A stretch of 64,000 bases of DNA from Vitrella brassicaformis CCMP3155 (lineage: Eukaryota; Protista; Chromerida): contig CDMY01000224.1 of NCBI GenBank assembly GCA_001179505.1, positions 97,203 to 161,202 of the forward strand. The letters are read 5' to 3'. A program made the translations under genes and the position numbers. Positions 1-11,752 of the stretch are shown in pieces (position 1 is the stretch's first letter; each line of letters opens with the position of its first letter). The notes beneath the pieces are model-generated. The model was given only the letters and a program-made list of their open reading frames with translations, was not told where the DNA came from and did not search any database.

Positions 1-299
1 ACGTGCCTGCTGACTGCTGACTTGACTGCAGTGTGTGTGTGTGAGTGAGTGTGAGTGGATGAATCGACTCCCCCATCCGTCCATTCCGATCTCCAATCCC
101 GTGCACCGAAGGGCACCCAAGCAAGCTGAACGCACGCACGCACCTTTACTCCCACACGGCTGGCCGACTACTGATCGCCTGGACAATCAAACAGGCAGAC
201 AGTGGCTGCCCGGCCGTGTGTTTGGGGGAGGGGGGCGGCCCAGCCCATGGCAGGGAGGCTGCTGAAAAACTCCTGTGAGTATCCTGTCTGCATGTACGT

Positions 300-2600
300 G
301 TGAGTCTCGAGGAAGTCAGCACGGATTGACGAGCCGTTCATAACGAACGCAAACACATGTGTTCCTCCCTCCATTTGCCCCTTGAAAACGAACGAGTGGG
401 CGGCCGAGGCTCGCCACTGCACACTCAGGCGGCCCATGGATCCCACCGACCCAGCCCAAGCCAAGCAGACACAACAAATCGCCACCACACGTACACGACA
501 CACGAATCTTCACCGACCCAACAGGCAGACACGCACTCATGGACACACACAAACACACACACACACACAGAGGTCGGTCGGTCGGCTGCGCTGCATCAAA
601 CGTTTGAGAAAGGAAGCAGATGGATGGATGGATGGATGGGTCAAACCAAACCTGACTGACTCTACGCGGCTGTGCTGTGGATGGGGCAAAAAGTCTGATC
701 TGTCTGTCGACAGATCAGCTGCATTACTCAAATCACTCACACACACAACACACACTCACACGCAACGCAACACACATATATATAAATGTGAGTCATGCAG
801 GCAGGCAGGCAGGCGTGTAGACCGTCCGCCCTTCCGCCGTGTGTCTGCCTCCTTTGTGTCAGTCGACAGGCAGTCACATCGCGGACGGACGGACGAACAG
901 ACAGACAGACAGACTTCATTCACTCTTCCATTCACTACACACACACATAGTCACACACACATAGTCACCCAGTCCCTCCACGAAAAAGCCTGTGGATGGG
1001 ACCGTCTGGAAAAAAAGCGGCGCCAGGGCACACCCAACAAACAGCACGAGCGCGTCGACTAGAGGGGAGGGGGTATCCACGCTGGGATGACAGACAGACG
1101 GGAAGGAGGAACGAGAGAGGGGCTTGAGGATGCGATGCCACAATTCAACGAGAAGAATGGGTGTCCAGGCCAGCCAGGCACACACTGAATGAGATGAGAG
1201 GGACCTACAACAAGACTGGCTTACGTATACATGGCAAGTAGTGAGTCAGTGAGAGAGGAAGGGAAGAGCCAAGCCTTTCTCGAGATAGCGAGCGAGAGCA
1301 TCAATCTCAAGACACATACAGCTCAAATCGTCCTTGTTACTTACCCACACCCGGCCCGGCGGCTTCACACACACTCACACATATGCAAGGAAACAAGACA
1401 CATGAACGAACACGTGAAGGAAGGATGACTACCTACCTGTCAGCCTGCGATCTGACCTGCACACCACACACACGCGAGCTGCCACCATGCACACACACAT
1501 TCACACACACACGGACGGACAGACAGACGGACAGACAGTACCTACTTGTGACCATCAAGGCACGAATCAATGAATGGAGGGAGGAAGTGAGAGAGCAGTG
1601 CAGTGTTTACCTATTTGTTAGACCTACATACCATACTCCCCTGCGTGCCTGTCTGGTTGCTGCGCGTCGTCGACTTCAAATGTGTGACAACCGACACACC
1701 GCACCGCACCGCAGACGTAGGACACATCACATGCACGCCCCGCTCCTGTCTGTGCGGAATGCGACTGACTGACTGCACCCACAGCCGACACAGAATACCT
1801 ACTTGGGGGCGGGGTGAGGGCAATCGATACAGGGACGGAAGCACACGCCGGCACACACACACACACACACACAGAAAGAGAGAGAGAGAGAGAGAGAAAG
1901 GTCGCTCACGCAGGAGCGCCCCTGCGTGTGTGGCGATTAGGCACCCACCCTCATCAGCAGACAGGCGTAGACACATGAATCAGTAGGCACACACACACAT
2001 ACACACACATACACACACATACACCCAAACAAACATCACGGTTTAGATAGCACAGCGCACGGACACATAATGACGCACACAGAAGGAAGAAGTGCACGGC
2101 GCACTTGTGTGTATGGGTGCATGAGGTGGATGTGTGCTGCAAGCCTTACTGACTGAGCGGACCAACAGCAACAAGAGGGGATGAGATAAGGGGCCTGCTG
2201 TGTGTGCGATAGATAGTTGCGTCTTCACCCTTCACATACGAGGCAGGCAATGCAGGCAGGCAGGCAGGCAGGGCGGATCAGCCGGTCTCTCAGCTGAAAT
2301 GGCCCTGCTATCTATCTGGACAGACGAGATACATGGCCCAATCACATCATACCCCACCACACCACACGTCACACCACGCACAGACAGGCAGACGGACATG
2401 AAGGTCCCCATCCCCCATCGCGTCTCTATCTCCTTCTCTCTTGCCCCATTAAGCATGGCCAAAGCTCCCGAGCCCCGGCATTTACTCACACACTCATTCA
2501 CTCGGCAGTCAGTGTGCGTCTCCCGTCCCCCCAACCGCCACACACTCACGCCACGGTTGCTCGCTTCAGACCTGTATGTGTGGCGTAGTACACACGCACG
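300..2600 (-). CDS. Probable intron-rich gene segment of unknown product, with several micro-exons; may continue the CCCH gene or be a separate gene
   Basis: Minus-strand AG-exon-GT units at 2550-2571 (22 nt), 1910-1921 (12 nt) and 1437-1456 (20 nt). Intron microsatellite polarity indicates minus-strand transcription. A candidate exon at ~303-455 reads GSMGRLSVQWRASAAHSFVFKGQMEGGTHVFAFVMNG. No domain recognised. Confidence 0.3.
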
Positions 2601-3202
2601 CCGACCCACGTCAGACATCAGAGGGAGGGACGCACGGAGCAGCCAGCACCAATTAGCAGATAGAGAGGCAGATGGACAGATAGCCACGTACACATCACAC
2701 ACGCACACACAGGCGTGGCGTGAGTAAACAGGGGTGGGTCGTCAAGGGCGCCCGTCGTCGTGCCCACCAGTGTCATGGACCCGTATCATCCGCGGCTCAG
2801 GCAGACAGACAGACAGGCAGGCAGACATTGCCTCCTTCTCCCTCTCCCCTCCCCCTCCCCTCTCTCTCTCTTACACACAGGCAGTCAGTCATCCGCAAGC
2901 CACACGTCTCTTCTCGCTGCCTCTGGCACTCACACAACACGCCCACACATCCATCCATCTACACCCACACCCACACACAAGACGACACGACACAAGGCCG
3001 CATTGACGTGTGTGTGTGTGTGTGGATGTTTGTATGGGTGACCGGGACACACATGAGAGGCCTGGACTCTTGAAGGGAGGGAGGGAGGGAGGGAGGACGA
3101 GCATACATCAAAGGCCCCAAACACACACACACAGACTTGCCCCCTCGGCCTCCCCTCCCAGCCCCCAGGCCCTCCCTCCCCACATTCACCCCCGCACCTC
3201 AC

Positions 3203-4975
3203 CTATCTGTGAATGTGGGTGAGAGAGGGAGTGCGTGTGCGTGTGCGTGTGCGTGTGCGTGTGTGTCTGCCACTGCCCCGCTCCCCATCCCTCTCGACGG
3301 TCGCCACATACGGCAGGCCCCGACGACGCAGCAACAGAAACGGCACCGACACCACCTCCTTAGCGCCACCACCAACAGCAGCGGCAGCAGCAGCGGCACA
3401 AGCACACCCACCCTCCTCAAGATCGTCATCGCTCAACTCGAGTTGGTGGAGGGATGACGAACTGGCGGCCGTCGAGGGCGTGTCCATGGCGTGGAGGAGG
3501 ATGCACTTGGGTGTGGGCGTGCTGCTGGCCGACGAGATCGGTGTGGGTGTGAGTGCCGTGGCTGTGGGTGTGTTGCTGGCGGAGGGAGTGGTGGTTGACG
3601 AGTGGGGGGAGTGTGAGTGTGAGTGGCTGGGGCTTGGGGGGAGGGGCCCCGGTGGCGGTGGGGGTGGGGGCAGGAGGGAGGCTACGGGGATGCCGTGGTC
3701 ACCTGTCACTGCTATCCTTGGCCTGACACACACACAACCAAACCACACAGCACACACATGACATGGTGTGGCCAGCCATAGCTACACACACGTAGAGAGA
3801 GAGACCTCCTTACTTACCGTGAGTCTGTGCGGACCCTGCGTTTGCACTTGTACTGTTTCTTGTGTGGGTGATGGAAGTGGCAGAAGCTGCACGAGGCGCC
3901 GTTCATGCAGCCCTTGGTCCAGTAGAACACGCACTGCTTGCAGCTACCCAGCAGATGATACGCGCTCCCTACAACCAAGTTTACCACATCGACGCATGGA
4001 ACCAACACACTCACACACAAACATCCCTCCCATCCGCCCACACCACTCCCACCTGTCTGTGCCGTGCCAACGTAACGTACCAGGATTGATGGGTACGATG
4101 TGGTCATAGTCGCCGTAGCTGATCTTGCCGAGGTCCCCCTCCACCTCCTCAAACCACAACACACGCATCCGGTGACGCGCACAGAAATCCAGACGCTCCT
4201 GCATCGACGCAGATGGGCTGGGTGAGGGGGAAGGGGAGGTGCCACCCGGCAGGTCTGCAGGGCTGTCGCCCTCGTCGTCGGTGTCGTCGCAGAGGAGGGC
4301 CTCGGTGGGGGTCCTCTGGGGTGTCTTGTGGGCGCTGATGGTGCCGCTCTTGTTCTTGTGCTTCTTGCGTCTGCGCTTCTTGGAGGAGGATGACTCGACC
4401 GTCGAGGGGGTCTCGGGGTGGCAGCAATCTGCAGACATGGTATGGCATGGTGGATTGACAACAAAGGTTTGTGCCTGCCTGCCTGCCAGTCGTCTCTCTC
4501 TCTCTCACTGACCGCCGTTCTCTCCGTCCGTGTCATGGTGTTGCTTGAGCAGAGGCGGCAGCATCGCCTTGCCCTCCTGCTCCTGTCCCTGCCCTTCCCC
4601 CTCCCCCTCCCCGTGGTGGTCTGCCGCTTGCTGCTCCTGCTGCTGCTCCATGGCCCGGAACTCCCAGTACATGGCAGTGTCGTCACGGAGCCGCGCCATG
4701 CCCTCCCTTCTCGCGACAGCCATGCACTCAGACGCGGCCACGCTGTGCATCAAGATGGTGGCATTGCGGGCGAAGGGGTCACAGTGGTGCAAGTGGTCCT
4801 GCTGGTGGTGGTGCGGGGCGTCTGTGATTGTGCGTGGCGAGAGTGAGAGGCATCTGCGTCTTGCGGATGCGGGGAGGGGGCTGCGGATGCTGATGAAGGT
4901 GTTGCGGACGCTGCCCTTGAGCCATGACGTCTGCCCATCCAACACAGACGACTCGGAGGGGGTGAGGAAATACAT
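3203..4975 (-). CDS. CCCH/C3H1-type zinc-finger protein of the alveolate type, multi-exon
   Basis: Exon ~3835-3955 encodes HLLGSCKQCVFYWTKGCMNGASCSFCHFHH. The N-terminal exon carries the VRNTFI...RRRCLSLSP motif. Low-complexity linkers. ATG at 4975; 3' end uncertain. Confidence 0.7.
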
Positions 4976-5132
4976 GACGAGGGATAGCCGACAATGACAA
5001 TCGAAAGATCTATCTTCTGCCAGGGTGTGGGAGTCTGGATGCCCCAATCAGCGGTACCTGCCCCGTGGTTTTGACGCGGCCCTTCCCAGCTAAGCTCGCA
5101 GATCTGCGTCCCAGATCTGCCTTCATTTGGCC

Positions 5133-8100
5133 ATGGACGACGACGTCACCATGGACGGCGAGGACGCCGGTCCATCACGGGCTCAAGGCGATAAGCGCAA
5201 GGCAGCAGCTGAGGCACCATCTGCAGCAGCAGCGCCGCAACAGCAGCAGCGGCATCCTCCTGCCAGCGCCAAGAAGAAGTCGTCAGCGGTGTCGCGTGCC
5301 GAGGGTGCCATTGACAGGAACCCCTACGACTGGAAGGCATGGGACACTCTGGTGGAGGAGGTGCCCTCACACGACCTCTTCGAACGCGTCCTTGAGGTCT
5401 TCCCAAACGCGGTCAGCCAGCCAGCCAGGCAGGCAGGCAGCCTTGATGGATGGCGGATTGTGAACGAACGAGCGAATGCACTCATCTCATCTCATCTGTG
5501 TGTATGTGATGTGGTGGGCTGACTTGACTGGCGTCCGTCGTGTCAGGTTCGTTATTGGCTCCGCTATGCGCGGTGGCTCTCCGGGCAGGTACCAGTGCCA
5601 GCAGCAGCAGGAGAAGCAGCGGCGCCTGAGGCCAAGAGGGCACGGGTGGATGAGCAGACCGACAACGGAGACAAAGAAGCTCATGCAGAGGCGACGGATG
5701 GGCCGCGGAGAGAAGCCATCGGGCGTGTGCTCGACGTTTACAGCCGTGCGGTGGCCGTCTGTCCGTCTGCCGGTCACCACACCACACCACACCAAGTCAT
5801 GGACGGACGTGGAATCGGGTGGTGCATCTCACTCTCTCTCTCTCTGTGTCTGTGCAGAGCTGTGGCGCGCCTACATCGACTTCGTGTGCACCTGCCCGGC
5901 AGACACCTTTCCCACCACAGCCACAGAGCCCCCCAACGACCACCACCACCAGACGCAGCCGCAGCACCCGCAGCAGCCGGCCACCGCCGGCCCATCCCAT
6001 TATGGGTATTCCTTTTTGTTCGGTTTGCTGAACACCGCTGTGGATGAGGTGGGGGCCACGCCGCAGTCGTTCGACCTCTATGCCGCACTTCTCTCGCTGC
6101 TCGTCCGTATCTATAACTCAGCACTGCTGCAGGTACGTATGTCTGTCCGTCGGTCGCACACCAAGGATGGATAAGACAACAAACAAGGCAGGCAGGCAGG
6201 CAGGCACAACGCTGCATGCCGTGTTTCTCTTTCCTCGCTCTATGTATGTATGTGTTTCTTTCAGTCCGGGACGACAGAAGGGCTCCTCCTCGACCCATTC
6301 GGACCGGTCAGCACACCACAGCACAGCACATCGCCTGACACACAATGTACGTTTCTCCTTCTCTCAGCTGTCGGTGGGCAAGTTCGGCCGTCCTCTGAGG
6401 TCGCGTGAGGACATAGCGGACCGGCTGTCGCGGGCTGCGAGGGAGTCAGAGAGCAAGGGCGGCGGCGAGGACCCCACGGGAGGGCTGCCCGAGGGGCTGC
6501 CGGCTAACGAGGTGGAGAGGGATGAGCTGGGAATGCTCAAGGCTGAGGCCTCCGTCAACGACATCAGACGACGGACACAAATGGTCGGACGGACGGACGG
6601 ACGATGGGTGGTTCCTGCCATCGGATGGAGCGGGATGGATGGTGCTCTTCTCACTCACTCGTGTGTGTGACCGTGTGTGCGACAGTGGTTGAGCACGCCG
6701 TGTGGGGCGTTGGACAAGGTGTGGGGCGCATACTGCCAGTTCGAGAAGAACCTCAACAAGCAGCTGGTGCGGACGGACGGCGGGAGAGGGAGAGGCGGGG
6801 AGGGACTCCGTAGGTGTGTGTGTGTATGTGTGTAAGCACGCTTGTTTGTGTTGGTTGTGTGTGTTCAGGCGAGTCGTCTGATAGCCGAGTGCGAGCCCGT
6901 CTACCAGGCAGCCGGTGCCATCACTAGGGTGAGACAGACAGACAGACAGACAGCAAAGAGAAGGTGCAGTCAGTCGGATAGAGACCAGACCGATGTCTGC
7001 GCATTTGTGTGGGTCATTCATCTTCATTTGTTGAACGATTGGTTCTCCACACAGGAGGTGCAGGGGCTGTACAGCAAGGTGGACATGCTGCGGCCGTCCG
7101 TACCGATCACAGCCGACAATGCCGCTAACCAGAAGGTCAGTCAACCGGACAACATACAAAGACCCCACACCCGCGTCGCGTGTGGGTGGAGTGGATCCCG
7201 TCCGTCCATTTTGTCCGTATTTACGTCTTATGTGTGTGCAGTCCCTGCGTGAGAGCTGGGAGGCCATCATTGCCTTCGAGAAGGACAACCCCATGCAGCT
7301 CGCCGTAAGTGCAGTGAGTCCACTTCACTTCCCACCGATCTGATCTGTCTGCCCGCTCACACCACACCAAGTCTGACTGACACTATTGACCGTACCCATT
7401 TCTGTGTCTGTCTGTGTGTCAGGAGGCGTCTCTGGTTCAGCGTGTGATGACTACGCTGCAGAGTGCGGTGATGTGTGGGTGTGCGTACCACCCCGACATC
7501 TGGCTCACCTTCCTCCACTTCCTCAACAAACACCAAATGCGCGACAAAGGTGGGTCGGTCGGGTCGATGGGAGGGAGGGAGGGAGGGCTGGGTGGATGAT
7601 GCACACAACACAACCGCCTGCACTGCACTTATCCTATCCAGCGATTGAGTGTCTGCGTCGCGGCATTGAGCTCTTCCTCCCACACGATGGTGACACACAC
7701 ACACACAGACACGCTTGCCCGTTGGATGGATGAATGGATGGATGCGTCCAACTTGCTTCATTCCTTCGGTGCTGTGCTCGGTCGTGCTGCACACACTGCA
7801 GAGCTGTTGCGTCTCGTCCTGGCCGACTCACTCGAAGAACAAGGCGACCTCGAGGTCAGCTCACTCAGCAAACCAGCCATCCCATCAACACCCACCCAAC
7901 TAACCCCTTGTGTTGTTTGTGTGTGCCTACCCCATCTATCCCCCAGGGCGCACTGCAAGCCTATGAGGGCCTGATGCAGAGCGTCCTGGTGCTGCACGAC
8001 GAGGACCCCAGTGCTGCCGCCATCGCAAGGTCACTCGCACCCGCCATGGCCCCAGCCACCGGCAGGCGGCCGATGGACAAGGGCGAGGAGGGGCCGGGGG

Positions 8101-10284
8101 GCAAGGAGCCGCCACCGGCATCGCCTCTCGCCCTAATCTCATACCTCAACTTCATCAGGAGAAACTACGTACGTCAGTCACAACACAGCCAGCCACAGAC
8201 GGAGAGGGGGATGGGAGGAGGGACCATTGATTGTCTTGGGTGTGTGTGTGCGGTGCAGGGTGTGGAAGAGTGGCGCCGTGCCTTCTCGGAGGCGACGGAG
8301 CTGCCTTTGTCCCTGTTCTCGTGGGAGGCGGTGATCGCCCAGGCATTGCGCGAGTGGCGGATGGCTGGAGGGGAGACCACCACCCGCAGGAAGGAGGCCG
8401 TCATGGACACACTCAGGGTGGGCCGGCAGCGCTTCCGCCTCAACGGGCAGTTCATGCTGGCCTGGGCCGACCTTCTCGTCGACATGGGAGACATTGACGG
8501 TCGGTGACTGATGTTCGTACGTACGAGTGTAGGCAGGGGATGATGAGATGCACGATGGATGATCTGATCCTGTCTGTCTGTCTGTCGTTCTGTCGTGTGT
8601 GCAGCTGCGCGCGAGGTGCTCTCGGAATCGGTGGAGGCCATTGCCAAGGAAAAGGGTCAGAGACGGACAGAGGAGAGCACCGCATGGCCATGAACCACAT
8701 GCCATGCTCGACTCCCTCCTCCGTCCGTCCGTGTGTTCAGGTGAGTGTTGCGAGATGCTGTGGCAGCGGTGGTTGCGGCTGGAGCAGACCTACGCCACAC
8801 GAGAGTCACTCAAGGCCACACAAAAGGCCCACACCCAGCAGCAGCAGTACGTCGCATCCCTCGCCGCCGTACCCGACGCACAACCAGCGGTCGCCACAGC
8901 GGCCGGTAAGTCATGGACCAGGGAGGTGGAAGGAAGGATGACTGACGCTCACATGATGGGTGCGTGTGTGTGTGTGTGTGCGTGTGTGTGTATGGCTTAC
9001 ACACACAGAGACGGTGCCCGAGCTGCTGCATCGGTACCGTTTTCTCCAGCTGGAGCCCCGCACACTCACCACAGACGCATTCCTCACCGAGACGAAGGGA
9101 CCCGCCACCCACATACACAAGCCGGACGGTCAGTCAGTCAGTCAGCAACCTGTCTCTCTTCCATTCCTGCACGTCTGTCTGTCTGTCTGTCTGTCTGTGT
9201 GTGGTGGGTGCGGTGCAGTGGGTGAAGCCGACCAGCTCGCCGGCCCCGAGCCGCGGAGCAGAAGGCGCGAGAGGGGCCCGGAGGACAGATCTGCGGCTGC
9301 CCACGGTGCGGGCCAGGTGGCCGTTGCGGGTGGCCGCATGGCCCGGCCAGACACCACCCGCATGCTCTCTTACAAACCATTCCTCTCACCCCAGGGGGCC
9401 ATGCAGCAAGGTCAGGTCGGGCCGGTGGGCTCGCCTTCCTTTGTATCTCACTGGGATGGGGGCATCCATGTCTGTGTCTGTGTGTGTCGGTGGGCTGGGC
9501 AACGAACCAATCAATCAGGCGAGGGCGAGGCGGATTTCTCATCCTTTTTGCCTGCGGTGATCCCGCGTGCGCTGCAGGACCTGCAGTTCCTGCTGCCGTC
9601 GTTGGCCCCCGATGGTCTGGAGATGCAGCGGCTGCGTGCGCGGGGTTTCTCGATGGAGCTGGTGGACTACCTCCTCACCACGCTGCAGCTGCTGCCCATC
9701 CCGCACGTCAAGCTCGACCAGTTCGGGCCGCTGCCCACTGGGGCCGGTGGTGCTGGTGGGGCTGTGCCGAGGGAGGGAGATAAGGCGGCAGTGGCTAAGG
9801 AGAGACGGGGCTCCGGTGTTACGAAGGGCGAAAAGGTGAGCGCGCCATGGATGTGATGGACCATGGATGGATCGTGTGTGCTTTGTCGTGTGTCGTCAGG
9901 TGGGTGTGGGTTATGACGCTGAGATGGCACTCAACGGCACGACGGACGTCAAGGATGAGGAGGCAGGTCAGTCACCGAGAGAGAGGGAGAGAGAGAGAGA
10001 GAGAGAGAGAGACTCAACACACCAACGCAACCCACCTGTGTGATGTCTCTCTCTGTCTTACCCCTCCCACCGATCGATGGCATCCATCCATTGCACTCTC
10101 AGACGAGGCATCCGATGAGGACGAGATGACGGCCGAGGGGCCGACCTTCTTCAGAGCCAGGGGGCCCGCAGACAAGGGCGATGCCCGACGCACTGCTGAA
10201 GACAAGAAGGCCTCGGTGGACTGGGCTGCCAGCTTATACCGACAGAGACTCGCCAGACGGATCAAGAGAGAGCCCATGGGATGA
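5133..10284 (+). CDS. CSTF3: Cleavage stimulation factor 77 kDa subunit (Suf/Rna14 family, HAT repeats), many exons
   Basis: Spliced exons give NPYDWKAWDTL..FERVLEVFPNA, LWRAYIDF, LDKVWGAYCQFEKNLNKQL, WEAIIAFEKDNPMQL and RVMTTLQSAVMCGCAYHPDIWLTF, in the order expected for CstF77/Suf. Canonical GT-AG junctions. Confidence 0.85.
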
Positions 10285-10503
10285 GAGAGATGATGGATAA
10301 GAGTGCCTGTGAGTGTATGGTTGGGTGGGTTGACTCGTGAGTGAGAGACTTGTTTGTTTCGTGACACGAGAAAGGCTTCGGATCTGATCTGCTTCAGCAA
10401 GCCACATGCATCGAATCGAAGCAAGAAATGTCGCTTGTTTAACCACACCCACCTTACCTTGCCCACCCAGGGACTCAGGGATAGGACACACGCATCGCAT
10501 TTC

Positions 10504-10555
10504 TAAGCAGCTAACCAGTTCGTCTTAAGCAGCTAACCAGTTCTTCTTAAGCAGC
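10504..10555. repeat. 22-bp minisatellite (taagcagctaaccagttc(g/t)tct), about 2.4 copies
   Basis: Direct inspection: units start at 10504, 10526 and 10548, in the convergent intergenic region. Confidence 0.85.
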
Positions 10556-10863
10556 CGTCAGCAAAACAGCTGACTGAGAGAGGAAGAGAGGCGAGACAAG
10601 ACAAGACGAGACGGCATCGGTATCGCATCTCCGATGGACAACGCCTGTCTGCCTGTCTGCCTGCCTGCCTGCCTTCCTTGGCTTCTCATCTATGTGTGCT
10701 ACCTACAACTAGCCACGCCCCCCCATTATCCATCCATCCATCCATCCACCCCTCCATCTATCCCGCTAACAAGGGCAATCCGACGAGACAGACAGACGGG
10801 CACAACACAACGAGTGCCGTCCGTCCGTCCGTCTGTCTGTCCGTCTCCCTTCACGAGTCGGCC

Positions 10864-11721
10864 TCAGCCGTCATAGTCAGCGTCTCTGCTCTCATCCCCA
10901 TCGCCAGCACCGCCCTCCTGCCCTCTGAAGCTAGCTTGACGATGTCGTCCCTCTGAAGCGTGACCCAATGCACCCCAGCCACCTGCTCTCCCGCCCCCGT
11001 CACGCCCGTCACGCGACGATCGCCTGGATGTGCTGCTGGTGCCGTGTGTGTGGCTCCCATGGTGGGTATTGGTGACCCTGCGACCACCGTAGGGGTGCGA
11101 GTGGGAGGATGGATGAGAGTGAGAGTGAGAGGAGCTACCACTCCCACCTCCCCCGCCCCCACTGCCACTGCCCCCACCCGGCCTGCGGTACATGTTCATG
11201 CCCAGACTGACTGTCTCGGCCTCGGGGAGCTCGTCTTCCTCCTGCCGCTGTTGCTGTGCTGTGTCGATCAACTCCGATACCGACGCGGAGATGTCGGCCC
11301 ATACGCTGGCAGACGATCCTGGTGCTGAGGCCGAGGCGGACGCAGACGCAGACACAGGCATGTTGAGGTGGTCGATGTGTCTTCTGTTGGCGGTGGTGCC
11401 GGCAGTCGATGTGGCCCGCTTGTTGTTGAGGCCACCACCGCCGGTTGGGCCGCTTCCGTAGTCCGGGGGAGGGGCGTTGATCCGCTGCAGCGGGGGCGGG
11501 GGGAAGAAGGGCGTCGGTGGCCGCTGGGCACCGGCTGCAGCCGGAGATGGCGAGGACGGCCCGGGCAGGTCACTGGCCAGTGAGAATGAGGGCGGCGATG
11601 CGTTGGAAGAGGAGGGCACTGCAGGCCCGGCAGACTGTGTGCGGGCGGGTTGGGGTGCCGATGCAGAAGCAGGGGCAGCCGCAGGCAACAGGACCTGCTT
11701 CGCCGATGTTGATCCGGCTGT

Positions 11722-11752
<31 letters not shown>

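Noticed and set aside
303-455. CBM48/AMPK-beta-like call for the GTHVFAFVMNG exon
   Set aside because: Only a vague resemblance to GxHxYKFxVDG, too weak to assign.
382-3457. Many His/Thr- or Cys/Val-rich ORFs (THTHT, CVCVC)
   Set aside because: They are translations of (AC)n/(GT)n intronic microsatellites.
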